This document shows positions 8,050 through 20,497 of a stretch of 64,000 nucleotides of DNA, in pieces; the first letter of the stretch is position 1; every line of letters starts with the position of its first letter. Both the position numbers and the translations under genes were made by a program. Under the pieces are notes generated by a model. That model worked only from the letters and a program-made list of their open reading frames with translations, was not told the DNA's origin and made no database searches. The stretch spans positions 496,001-560,000 of the forward strand of contig CATNEN010000031.1 in NCBI GenBank assembly GCA_950097015.1, written 5' to 3'. Origin of the DNA: Macrostomum hystrix (lineage: Eukaryota > Animalia > Platyhelminthes).

Positions 8050-10428
8050 ATACGTACCAGCGCGGTGGCATGAAGCCCGGGTCGTCTTCATCCCGAAGCC
8101 CGCCAAAGGCGACTATCGCTCGGTCAAGTCTTATCGCCCGATAAGCTTGACTTCCACCTGCCTCAAGCTCATGGAAAGACTGGTGCTCTGGCGCCTTCTT
8201 ACTGTAGAGCTAGGGCGGGCCCCGCTCTCACCAAACCAGCACGCCTTTCGGGCGGGCCGGTCCACGGAGAGCGCCCTCCACTGCATTGTGGAGACTCTCG
8301 AGAAGGCAGTGCTGGGCAGCGGTTTTGCCCTGGCTGTTTTCCTTGATATTGAGGGGGCCTTCGATAACGTTATTTTCGAAGCCTTTGAGAAGGCCCTGGT
8401 TTCCAGGGCCACTCACCCCCACCTCGTCCGTTGGGTCATGTACATGATCCGGAATCGCCACGTGGTGGCCCACCTCGAAGGCAGGGTGCTCTCGGCACCT
8501 GTCCTAAAAGGAGGGCCCCAAGGTGGCGTCCTCACCCCACTGCTGTGGAATCTCGTCATGGATGAGCTGCTAAAAAGCACTCGGCCTGACCCAGTCCTGA
8601 AGGTGGGATATGCCGACGATGTGACCGCCATCTGCGCGGGCCCCTCGGCGGAAACCACCAGGGACCTCATTCAGGGCTTTATCAACAGGGCGGTGCGCTG
8701 GGCGGACCAATGCGGGCTCCGACTCTCTGAGTCCAAGACCGTTGCGGTTATGTTTACCAGCAGGCTGCGCTGGACCATTGAGCCTCTGACTCTCTATGGC
8801 AAGAATATTGCCATGGAAAAGCAGGTCCGGTGCCTTGGTATCCTGCTAGACCATAGGCTTAACTGGACCCCGCACATTACCACAAAGGCCAAGAGGGCCC
8901 TGGCCATTCTGGCGCAAGTCAGGCGAGCCGTGGGCACCACTTGGGGGCTAACCCCCAAAAACCTTTGGTGGATTTACACGGCGATCATTAGACCGTCAGT
9001 CGCTTACGCTGGCCTCATCTGGGCCAGTGCCATGAGCATCCAGAAAAACCTGGAGGCGCTTTATAGGGTGCAGGGCAGAGCCTGTCGCATGACGCTGGGC
9101 GCCCCACCCTCCACTCCCTTTGAAGGCATGAACGCTTTCCTCAACGCTACACCCATTGACATTTTTGTTAAGGGGGAAGCGGCAAAGTCCACCCGTCGTC
9201 TCCTTGATGCGGGTGTATCCTTCCAGAATTCGCGAGCCTTCTCGAAGCGCTCCCTTCTGCCCCACTCTGACCTCTGCCTGAAAACTCTGGGCGAGTGCGG
9301 AGGGCTCACCATCCTTTCGGACGGGGCCCCGGCCACTTTACTCCGGAGCCACAGGTACAAAGTCAGCATCTTCCCTCGTAATGAGGTAAAGGACTGCTGG
9401 GATGACCCCGCAGTCCACTGTTACACTGACGGCTCCCTGATGAACGGTAAATCGGGATTCGGGGTGTGCGTCGCCTCGGGTGGCGAGGTCCTCTGGACCC
9501 ACTCCCAACACTGTGGCAAGAGCTCAAGCGTTTTCCAAAACGAAATGCTCGCCATCAGCTTCTGTGCGGCTGAGCTGCGCCAGAGGCAGCTGGCTGGTCG
9601 GAGGATCTTTTTTCACTCCGACAGTCAAGCAGCCCTCAAGGCCCTCAGTCGCTGCACCTCTCGCTCCAGAACCACCTTGGACTGCAACACCCAGTTAAAC
9701 GGTTTGGCGCAGTCTAACAAGGTGGAGCTGATGTGGATCCCTGGGCACGCCGGGCTCACAGGGAATGAGATGGCGGACGAGCTTGCAAAGGCTGGAGCAG
9801 CCAGCTCCCTGATGGGCCCGGGCCCGGAATCCCCGATCCCCGCCTCCGTTGTCAACTCCAGCATCAACCACTGGATGGAGACCCAGCACCGGAGGAGGTG
9901 GTCCAGCACCCTGAACTGTCGCCAGTCCAGGGCTGCGGTGCCAACCCCCTCTAGTAACCTGCGTAAGGCCTTACTCAGGCTAAACCGCAGAGACCTGAGA
10001 GCAGTCACCATGGCCCTTTCGGGACATGGCTGCTTCACCAGACACCGCTACCTCCAAGGCCACGTGCCTGAGGAAACGTGTCCTTTCTGCTGCTCCGGCC
10101 GTGAAAACGCCGAGCATTTCATTTGCCACTGCCCGGCCTTCACCCGGGCTAGGCTAAAACACCTCGGGCCGGCACCGACTCTTGCCGAAGCCTGCTCGCC
10201 CGAGAACATCCCTCAGCTCGCCCACTTCCTCCGGGATACCGGCCGAGCTGATTTCTTCCCAGCCTATGGCGAGGAAGATCGCGCGGCGGAACCGACCGAC
10301 GGACCACCCTGAGCGGCACCGCCTCGCTGGAGGCCGTCTGGCTGCCAGGGGTTAGCGATATGGGCGGCAACAGCCGCCTCCTCGCTGCGTCCGTCATGGA
10401 GGCCCCCTGCCGCTAAGTCAAGTAAGTC
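8050..10428 (+). mobile_element. 5'-truncated non-LTR retrotransposon with RT, RNase H and CCHC (LOA/R1/I-group-like)
   Basis: Open frame to 10312: [33 protein letters not shown]; RNase H YTDGS / NEMLAI / SDSQ / WIPGH / NEMADELA; CPFC...EHFICHC. 3' tail TAAGTCAAG x2. No TSD found. Confidence 0.9.
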
Positions 10429-12980
10429 AAGACTCTCTTGCCCCAGAGCATTCAAGACAATGCACCATAATAACATAAAACACTCTTTTTGGACCGCAAT
10501 CTGTCTAACCTGATGCCATCGCCTCCTGACTCTGTTTAGCAGCAGTATGTAGAGAGTTCATTTTATGTCATATTATCGTTAGAGCCCACCATAAAATCGT
10601 TAGAGCCCATTGACAGGAAGTCAGTCAGGATAACTCGTAAATTCATTAATCTTCGTACTAACTTTTAGATTTGAAAGGCTTTAGCTTTGATTTCTACGAT
10701 GCAATGATTACCCAGTATCGATGCTGATATCTCTTAATTATTAGTAGCTTGCTAAACTAATTATGAAAATAAAAAGCTGACTTAACTCACATGCTAAAAC
10801 AGATCCCCTTATGGGAGTTCGATCACAAGGAATCTTTAGCAAATCAGCATAAGCAGCAATTTAAGCAGGAACGGTCTTTATACGAGCTCGTACGCTCGTA
10901 TTTTTACAGCGTCACATTCGCATGGAAAGCATGCGGACTAGGTCCGCCGCGGTACCACGCGTTTAAGCATCGCTAAAATAGAATATTTCCAAATCTACAA
11001 TTACTTTTCATGTGAAAGGAGCACCTGGTTAGTTTAAACTCAAACTGGAGCCAGAGTGTTCGGTGAAACGCTCAAGAAAATCCAAAGAGCATTTAAATGA
11101 TTCACGCAGGGTTTTATGGGGCTTCGCATTTGAATTCGGAGTAAGCCATTGCTTTGGTGCTAAAGGTCAAGGTTGCTACCATAACGGTCACGGCATCACC
11201 CCATTCCGTGGCTTAACAGATTCTTCGGCTAAGAGTGCCGCACTCAGTTTTCTGCGCCCATGCACGCAATCTCATGCACAGACAGCTGAATTGGTTGCTA
11301 CGTAATAGTTTTACGACTAGAACTTTAGGATGTTTCTGAGAAATTCCATTACAATAGAGAATAAAATTTTTTACATATTCCTTTTCAGATGAAACTCACC
11401 GTGTTTAATGAACTAGCAAATTCCCTTCTTGTTATTTAAAGTATGCAGTTTTTGTGCCTTTTCACTGTTATATCCTTGGTCTTCAGCTGGATGACAAAAA
11501 ATCAAATCCTCGTAGTTTTTTCAATGCTTTATAAGCAATTTTAGCGGCCAACCCTGCTCAGACCACCCCAGTCAAAAAGTCACTGGAGTGAGCACACAGT
11601 ATTGTAGCTAGACAGGTATTGCAAGCTGAAGATCTAGACTATTTGCACAAACAGCATTGCATGTAAGTCATAAAATACTGCACAGCCAGAAAGCCATTAA
11701 TGCTCGTAGCTACAGTACATTTAAGCACGTTATCGCTTCGCCACTCCCTAAGCCCCCGGCGCGCATAATTCGCAAATGCCCAAGAAAATGACTCACTATA
11801 TTATATATATTGCTTTTTGAATGCACATTGGACTTCAATTAAAAATACCGAACTTTGGTAATTAAATCAAATACAGCTGCTTGAGAAACCTAGTCGGCCG
11901 CTGCTTCATACTGTGGGTTAATAGGGTTCGGGTTCGGGTTCGCATTAATGCCCAAAAGTACTCGAGTTGCAGAACACTTTTTAAGCCGCACTAAAATATG
12001 AACGAGCAGTAATATGTCGCACTGTAGACTACTCGCACGGCGATTGCCATAGCATTCAAGAACAACAACGAGGGACCTAAATTTTAGAAAGTTGTGCTGG
12101 TCATTTTCAAAAGGCTAAAATGTACAGCACAGTTGAATCAAGATATTTTTTGTTAAATTCTGATTTTAAAATGCTTTATTTTAAAGAATGTTTCAATATG
12201 TTTCAGTTAGAGATAAAATTACTTCAACGAGATCGGAGAAAGCTATGCATATTGAATATATAAGTGTACATGCATAACAACGTTTTTAAACAATATGTGT
12301 GACCTGACCTAGGCACAAAAATTTTCGTTTTATCAAATTTCAGCGCAATCAAGTAAAACTATAAGAAGTAGAAGGACGTTGCACTCGAGATCTGTGGGAA
12401 AATCTTTTAAGTAAGGTCAGTTAAATTAGCTTAAATGCATTCAAATAAAATTTTCTCACATCGCAATTTGCATTTGTACGAATTTAACTATACTTCTAGC
12501 GGTAATATCGAGCGGTATGAACAGTTCGTTTGTGCTCATTTCATTCATTCATTCACTTATAACAAGTGAATTGAAAGTTCCCGTTATTATGAACGGGAAC
12601 TTTATATATCATAAATATATATATTTATATTTCATAAATCGTAAAACTCGCCGGATTCAATACAACAAAAAAACAATTAAGTTAAGCGATAAGCAAAATG
12701 TGACAATTGTTAGGCAAAAAACGCCGTAACACTAGATGGGAAAAAATTCAAAAGTATTTTCAAATACTTTTATGAGCTAAAGTTTAGCGTCCCTAATTTT
12801 CTTGGTTTATGTTTTACTTACTTTTTATTTAATAAAACTAAAATCGGCATGAAGACCTCCGACTTTATTCAGTTTTTTATCCAGCTGCGTAGCATATTAT
12901 ATGTGACGCATCTAGATCCCTGAACACGAATAGGTGAACACATGTTAGTTACAAATTTAGTTTTAATCTAACAAACTAAG

Positions 12981-15590
12981 ATGATACACATATTTAGCCA
13001 GCCAGAGATACGGAAGTATAAAGCGTCTGTTACTAGCAAAGCCTTTCTGTTCTACTGCATTTGCTTATTGACAGCTTTTGCAGCGCCTCTTTTTATTGCC
13101 TACAAAACGCATGGCAAGTATTTCTAAGCTTAAGTAAAGTATTGGAGATTGTTATCAACAAATTAGGCGTTGCATTAAAAAAACGAAACCCTTGCAAGAA
13201 TAATTAAATAAGCTATGGTCGATACATATTTTTTATTACTATGAATCTTTACTACATCAATCAATTAGAAAATGTAAATAAGGCAGATTTTTCTTACTTT
13301 TTCATTTTTTTCTAAATAATTTAAGAAAGAAGACAAAGTTCGTGAATGAACTTATTACAGCGCACTAAAAATCACTGAGAACTAATAAATTTAGTGTGGA
13401 TGTTATAATAATTTATAAAATTGTTATTACTAAGAAGCTATTTAAAGGCTATATAAAAATCTAAATCAGAATATCATGTTTTTGTAGGACTTTGGATCCT
13501 GGAATCAACATTCAGAGAGCAGCCTTCTGTTTATTATAAATACCAGGCTATCCTTCTACTACAGACGAATGTCCGCCAAGTCCTCTGGTCGACTTTTCCT
13601 AATATAAATTCTCTGCCGCACGAAAACTTTCTATTTCCGGTAGTTAAAGTAAGGGAAGTTGACAGCAACATGGACGGAAAAAGTGACTGGCTGGAGCTGA
13701 CAATGCAAGTTTCGCTTTCGGACACTGAGCATGTTCATTCTACCATGCTATTACTCGTTTTCGACTATTGGTTGGTGGTGAGTTTGCTTTCGTACTGCGC
13801 TGTATTTTGATTCCATTGGATTCTAATGTACTTGATTTTCTTATATAGCCTCCCTAGCTTGTTTAGCCAGTACTTACTGTGTAGGGACTATTTTAACCGA
13901 AAATTTTCTGAATGTCTGTCTGAAAGTTAATAATTTCGTATTTTCTCAAGCTCGGTAAAGTTTCATGGACATAAAAATGACCCTCTATCCATCGGCAGAC
14001 TTATTCAGCCTTTGTCATGGAGGGTTTGGCTGTAATTTCGCACGCGTCTAGTCTGCAAGGATCTGTTTTGCATGCAAGTGGAGATCTGAACTTTAAACAG
14101 ACGCAGCCACTAGAATACAAGGGCACGGACACTAGTTACACCGTAAGTTTCGGCGCTTAGTTGACTAAGGAAGAGTGACTGCAAACATTTGTTTTAGAAA
14201 AACCTAAATAATGCCCTCTTAGGCGCCTATCATTGACTCGTTGAGCTGGCAGCAATCGGAGCGGAATGTGGCGAAAATTTTGTCTGACTACCGTCGAAGA
14301 AACGGTGAGAGCGCTAACTGACAATCCTTAGCTTATAGTGCGAATTCAAATTTTAGAGCGCAATATACAGCTTTTTAACTCATGTCAAGACTTGCACTTA
14401 AACTTTGATTCAAATACTTATACTACGTTTATGCTCTTACAGGAGCTACGAGTAGTTCTGAAGTTTTCAACCCAGTTAAAGGAAAGTTGCTATTTAAGGA
14501 GTTTAGGAGCTCTCGTTAACGCAATCAAGACTAGCCTATGCGTTGGCAACATTCTATACCTTACTGGCTAAAGAAAGAATCCAAAAGACCACAGCTGGCT
14601 GAATTGACTGGGGAAATATGAGACACCGCAATGAGGAGACAGGGGAGAGATAAGAGACGCGATCAGGGATAGAGATTACGGCAGAGATAAGATACAGAGG
14701 AAACGAGATATGGGAGAGATAAGATACAGGAGAGATGAGACACGTGATAGATGATACATACGTTAAAGAGTATAGATACGGCAGCGATGACATACGAGAT
14801 GAAATTCGGAAGAGATCATACGCGGAAGAGATCATACGCGGAAGAGATCATACGCGGAAGAGATAATACACGGGAGAGATGCGACACGGGAGAGATGAGA
14901 TTCGGGAGAGATCATACACGGGAGAGATGAGATTCGGGAGTGATGCGACCCGGAAGAGATGCGACCCGGAGATGAGATACGTGAGAGATAGACACGGGAG
15001 AGATGAGAGACGGGAGGGATGAGGCATTAGAGAGATGAGAAAATGGAGAGTTGAGACAGTGGCAATAGACACGACACGAGACAGAGTTGAGAACGGGTGT
15101 AGGGTAGGTGTTAGAAGGAGCCAGGGAGGGCGAGTGCCCGGAGGTTGCCGCTGGCCACTGGACTTAGCCTCATACGATGCTAAAGATCTAAGCAGTAGTT
15201 TATTTTGCTAAATTTAGCACAAAGATACAAGTAAAACTAATTGTGCGTACGCGAAGTCTGCAGTATGGGTCCTCTTGTAAACACATTCTTCCAATGCAAC
15301 CATAATCAACTTCAGTGAGCACAGAATTTGAGAACGCTCTGTACTTGTGGGAGCACGGTAGGCCAGCCGGCCAGCCCTTCCGAATCAACGCGACTATCTG
15401 GTACACAACTCCAGTGGTGGCCTACAGGCCAGGCTTCTGGTTCGCTCTGAAGTGGGCCTGGGTTCAATACGTAGCCATCATGCTGGCTGTCTATTTTGCG
15501 ATGGACAAAGTGAAGCAGTTCGTGCTTGACAACCGAATTGTTTCGTGTTTCGTTCAGCAACCTATTTTGGACTGCCGACTGCGCTCATGA
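12981..15590 (+). CDS. TMEM231: Transmembrane protein 231 (ciliary transition zone), 5 exons, ~307 aa
   Basis: Exons 12981-13113, 13488-13777, 13999-14142, 14223-14304, 15316-15590; phases consistent (924 nt). Motifs IFSQP..RKYKASVTSKA, WSTFP, DSNMDGKSD, YRPGFW..LKWAWVQY. Intron 1 is GC-AG. Confidence 0.9.
14620..15085. repeat. Purine-rich low-complexity repeat in TMEM231 intron 4
   Basis: Iterated GAGAT / ACGGGAGAGAT / CATACGCGGAAGAGAT units. Confidence 0.85.
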
Positions 15591-16362
15591 AGCATGTGTG
15601 AATCTGAAGCTGAATCTGAACTCAATCTGAATCCTGCAAATTTACACAGCAATCACTACTTTTACATTTGTAACCCTTTATATTACTAACATTTATTTAA
15701 TTCCATAATTCTAAAGCACGAGCACGATGCTATCACTTCTTCACTTTAGTCCAGGTTGTGCAGCACACTGTTCTCTATCAGTTTTTTTGTTAAACTGGCC
15801 TTATTTTTTCTATCACTTTTACAACTGAATAGTGCAATACTGAACTGCTGATTCCTTTTATTCTGATTGATTCAGTCAAGTTCTCCTTCAATGCCTCTAT
15901 GTCTATGACAAAAGACTTTTATATTTTTGCACGAATGTTACTATGATATTAAAATGCCGTAAGCCTTTTCTACGACTCGTAGATCTATTCTGAGATCTGA
16001 GATCTTGATCTGAGATCTTTTCTATTCATACTCGTAGATCTCATCGTTGCATCTATGAATAAAGTGTATTTTAAGCTCGCCAGTCGAGTCAACTTAATTT
16101 CAACCTAGAAACTATCGTTCGGACTGCAGCGACACCAGGATGCAAAAATATTGAAGCATCTTTGAAATGCAAGCAACAATGCGATAATTGAATGCGGCTG
16201 CAGGTGCTGAAATACATGGATAATGATAGCGCACATGCTGAATTTACAGAGAATCGAAAAAAGAGTTTTTGAAGGCTTAAAACCTTATAACTATAATCGC
16301 ATATGGTTCGTATGAATAACTTGCATAGTTGACGGTATTAATGTATTCTGCTAACACTGGCC

Positions 16363-16572
16363 TTACTCACACCCGTGGCAGTTGGAAGTGCAGTAAAGCT
16401 TGCAGGCGCAGGAGCATTTCCCGCTGCAGCAATCCTGATCGAAGACGCACAGTTCGCCAGTTTTGTAGCATGTTTTGTTTCTGACTGGCACATTCGAGCA
16501 GGCCAACACAGTAGAGTCATTTATAATGAGGAATGCGCAGCAGATACCCACAATCGTGCGTATTCGTAACAT
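16363..16572 (-). CDS. Small secreted cysteine-rich (knottin/ICK-like) peptide
   Basis: ATG at 16572; signal-like MLRIRTIVGICCAFLIINDSTVLA; then CYKTGELCVFDQDCCSGKCSCACKLYCTSNCHG with C-x6-C-x5-CC-x3-C spacing. A possible GTGAGT donor lies near the end. Confidence 0.6.
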   Translation of the reverse strand: MLRIRTIVGICCAFLIINDSTVLACSNVPVRNKTCYKTGELCVFDQDCCSGKCSCACKLYCTSNCHGCE

Positions 16573-17199
16573 GTCGATCAAATGCCTTCTGGTTCGTAAT
16601 GCAGAATAAACAATGAATCAGTAATGAATGGCCATACGTGTGTTCGAATACATTTGCAACGAGGGTGCGTACGTAAGCTGCCCTCATGCATTGGTGCACA
16701 TAGAAATTTCTATGGCCCAAACAGTTTTAGGAATAAGGCTTTTGTGGAAGTATTAAATTTCTTCATGACTTATAAATATGTCACGATCGAGATGGAATCG
16801 GCGCCACCTCCGCTGAGATTCGCGAGAGCACCGAACGCGAGAGCATGCAGGCCATGCAAAAATGGTATTGCCAAGCTTGATTTGATAGACTAGAGGAAGT
16901 GGGCACAGGATCCAGAACAATACGGGGGTAAATTTTTTACCACCTCCCTGAAACAAAACCTGGTTTTCTGGGGATGCAGGCGGACAGCGTCTCAATGTCC
17001 AACGGGCGGAAGTCCGGAGAAAAAGGACACCAGTCACTGAAATTTACATTTGGCCATGGATTAAGTCAGCCAAGATAACTATATTCTATATTAAGATAAA
17101 TTTTATTTAGGAAATATGCTCGTACGCTCGTATCAATCATTCTTGTACCAATAACCGAGTCACTTAAATTTAAATTTGGCCATGGATTAAGTCATCAAG

Positions 17200-19345
17200 C
17201 ACGCCATCACGCTTGGTGGCGTGAAAATTGGTCGCCCGCCTCCGGCCTTTAGCGCAGGCCAGGTGCCAACGGTGTCGCCATTGTCTGATTGAGCGGCATC
17301 TAAGATGGCGACCCACAGGGGATGGCGGAGTCAGCAGGGCTCGGAACGACGACGGCAGCGCTTTAATTCCTGGCGCAAAGAGCTCCGCAACAACCCGCCA
17401 GGACTCGCGGCCTGCCCAGCCGGAGCTGAACGACAGCTGCACGCAATGCGAGTGCTAGTGAAACAGACAAGGAGATAAGTCGACTACCATCACTACCGGC
17501 CCAAATTCGGCTTGCCACCTTCAATGCCCGCACCCTCAGTCATCCTTGGAGGCTGCAGGAGCTGACACGGTTGGAAGCTGACCTGGGCATCGCTATTCTG
17601 GCGGTGCAAGAGCATCGCAAAAGCAATGACGAAAGTGCGGAACTGGGCCTCAGGACGCCCCAGCCACGCCTCCGTGCGTCGGGGGTGTTAGCTTCCTGCT
17701 CAGCTCGCCCGCCACATGCAAAGCCTTGCTGGACATCAGGTTCCCCTCTGAGCGCCTTGGTCAAGCGGCTTTTGCTCGAAGGACAGGCGCCTGCATGTTG
17801 TCTGCGTATATGCCCCGACAACCCCTGCACCAGCAAGAATCCTGCCGAGACCGATACCCTCTACGACACCCTGGGTCACTGGATCAAATTCCATCCCGCG
17901 ATCTCGTTTTTGTCGTCGGTGATTTCAATGCGCCTCTAAAGAATTTCTGTGGCGCTCCGAACGCCAATTCTGCCTACCTGTCCAGCTTCACCCAGGCCGG
18001 AGAACTAATTGCCGTTACCGCACTATGAGGCAGCGTCCCGACTTTTTTTGGCCCTAACGGGCGGATCATGCGGCTGGACTGGGTCTTCTGCCCCTTAGCT
18101 TTCCGGTCTAGTGTGCGCAAAGTGACCAACGTTCGCCCTATTCGTGGGAAGTCTGACCAGGGTCTGGTGGCCTGTGACATCAACCAACGCTGGCCAAAGC
18201 TGAAGCCTTCCCCGCCTCAACCGCTCTGGGCTGAGCTGAACAATCCGGAGACTCGGGTGGCCTTCCTGGCCAGACTCTGCGCTGTGACTCCGGCTTTGGA
18301 CTAGTCTGCTGACTCGTTCACCAGTGCTGTTGAAACCGCAGCGGACCAGGATTTTTCTCGAAGAGGCAGTGGGCGAAATCGAACTAGCGATCGCCGACGA
18401 CTGCCGCCACACCGCTGCTTGGGGGCCATCAACCAGCAGACGGGTAGGAAGCCCAGGCCCAACGCAGTTCTCGGCGGGACTCTATTCAGTACCGCAAAGC
18501 CCAGTAGGTTTCTCACTTCAGCGACGTGCTCAACGCTCCTGCTCCTGCCGCTCCACTCTTACCGATTCCTGTTTTCGCCGCTGCTGACTCCTTCAACACT
18601 GGCCCTATTTCTTCCGAAGAAGTTGGCCGGGCCCTAAAGACAATGCGCGCTGATGCCGCCTCTGGGGTCGATTCTATTCCCCCCAGAGACTTAAAGCTGC
18701 CCGAGTTAACGTCTCGAGTTATCCTGCAGTCACCTGCCTGTTGAACAGATAGTCGTTTTGGAGGCGACAAGCGACCTGGCAGCTTGCGCTCCACCAGTAT
18801 GTCGAACCTCCAAAATTGTTTCGATCCCAAAGAAGGGGACCTCCACCAGCCTAGACAACCAGGGTAGCAGCGCGCTGAAGTGCACCACGACGAAGCTGCT
18901 CAATGCAGTTCTCCGCAACCGCCTCCTGCCCGGGGACTCAACCCGATGCTGTTGAGTCTCCAGAGCGGCTTCCGACCGGGCAGGTCCACCACAGAGCAGG
19001 TTGCAACCATCCGTTCCGTCATCGAAGCCTGCAAGACCCGCCTTCGCGCCGTGATAGCTGCGGTGATAGACCTGTACAGCGATTCCAGAGCGTTCGTCCA
19101 GACGAGCGATGGCCCGACCGAGGAGTTCAGCACAACCTGGCGTAGTGGATGGCGATATGCTGGCTCCCCTACTCTTCATCATGGTCGTCCATTATGTGCA
19201 TAGGCTAACTGTGACGCTGACTGACTGTTTTATGGCTGACTTGCAGGTGCTCGATCTCAGCACCAGGCCAAAGCTGCCTGCCCCCGTCTGTTTCGCGAGC
19301 GCGTGTGAGCAAGAGTTCATTACCTCCTGCGTGTCTCTATCTAAT
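17200..19345 (+). mobile_element. Decayed, internally deleted APE-type LINE (RTE-like)
   Basis: Frameshifted endonuclease motifs LATFNARTL, LAVQEHR, VVGDFNA, LDWVFC; RT motifs QSGFRPGRSTTEQV and GDMLAPLLF; no YADD seen. Confidence 0.8.
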
Positions 19346-20311
19346 CACTGAGTAGGGCCTATAGTGTGTCGACAAGAAAGTGTAAAAGTTTAACATATCT
19401 TAAATATGCAACCTGTTGGATTTAAGCTTATAAGTTCATAAGACCCTTACAAGCTTATAATAATACTGTTTATAGGGTTATGAGCCTATAGAAAAATCGT
19501 ATTCGATAATTCGAGTAAGTGAAAACCAAAATGATCGTCGTATTTTGAAGTCGCGACAATTTCATGGAAACATAGAAACTTGTGAACAATAAGTTATTAT
19601 AGTTGACAAATATTATATTTCATTTCATATATGCTTGTATGATACAGATATACAAGGTAACAAGGACCTAAAATCTTTATGTCAAACCAGCCAATTCTTC
19701 GTAAACGTGATGAATAATACAATCGCAGGCTTCTTATCGCAAGATAGAGAGTTTTTCTCTAAAAAAAGTTGAAGTATACTGTATAGGCCTAGTTAACAAA
19801 ATATTTTTATGGAATTTACTGTCGTGGTGACTAGCCAGTCCTATCTATTATTTTTTCATTCTAAAAAGTCAAATCCTATATGTAAATATCTATATATAAA
19901 CTGTAAACAACTAGCCTTTTCCTTGTTAGTTTTTATTTGTAAGATTGTTTACAAGCCCTATTTTATCTGTAAGCCCTAATTTTGAAGGACCTCTAAAATA
20001 AAATAATTTTAATTTTGCCCTAATTAAATATTAAAGTAGGCCAAGCTAAAACTTCATAAAATTAAAATTTTGCATAAGTAAATAATCTAAATGGCTTTTA
20101 TGCTTTCATTAAGCCTAAGTGTTAGGTATATTCTTATTCAAATGACCTAATGTACCAAGGTCCTAACAAATTGAGTTTGTAACAATTGAGTTAACTAGTT
20201 TGGTTTTTTGTGTTAGGCTCTTTGTTAACAAACATTAATGAATAGGCCTAGGCCCTAGCTATCCTTCAGTTTCATTCATGAACTAGGCCTATATAATAAT
20301 TTTAATAAAGC

Positions 20312-20497
20312 CTAAAAACATGAGAAATGGAATATTAAGCCTGAAAATGTCCATTTTGACAATGCTAAAGTGGCTGGGCAGTGGTGACACCAGCACTTGT
20401 TTGACAGCAGCTGGTAATTTGCTAGCCAGCTGCTGGCTGCCAGTTGTGTCATGTCTATAGTCAATACTGCCATGTCACAGATCTTCATGAATGGCAT
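20312..20497 (-). mobile_element. Possible Merlin/IS1595-like transposase N-terminal remnant
   Basis: SSWLANYQLLSNKCWCHHCPATLALSK resembles the WL...LL....C..C...L zinc ribbon; no DDE part found. Confidence 0.3.

Noticed and set aside
8015-8170. LTR-leader/LINE fusion ORF supplying RT to the RT-less LTR element
   Set aside because: No ATG upstream of the junction (frame closed at 7982), the LINE is 5'-truncated, and LINE RTs prime by target-primed reverse transcription rather than tRNA priming; most likely a chance in-frame junction.
11915-11942. Telomere-like GGGTTA/GGGTTC repeats
   Set aside because: Only about four degenerate units; not an interstitial telomere of note.
11990-12115. Possible THAP-domain remnant (CAGHF)
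   Set aside because: Motif not supported in a continuous frame; stops intervene.
17041-17193. 28-bp direct repeat (ATTTGGCCATGGATTAAGTCA core) flanking ~97 bp
   Set aside because: Could be a TSD or local duplication beside the LINE, but the enclosed sequence has no recognisable identity.
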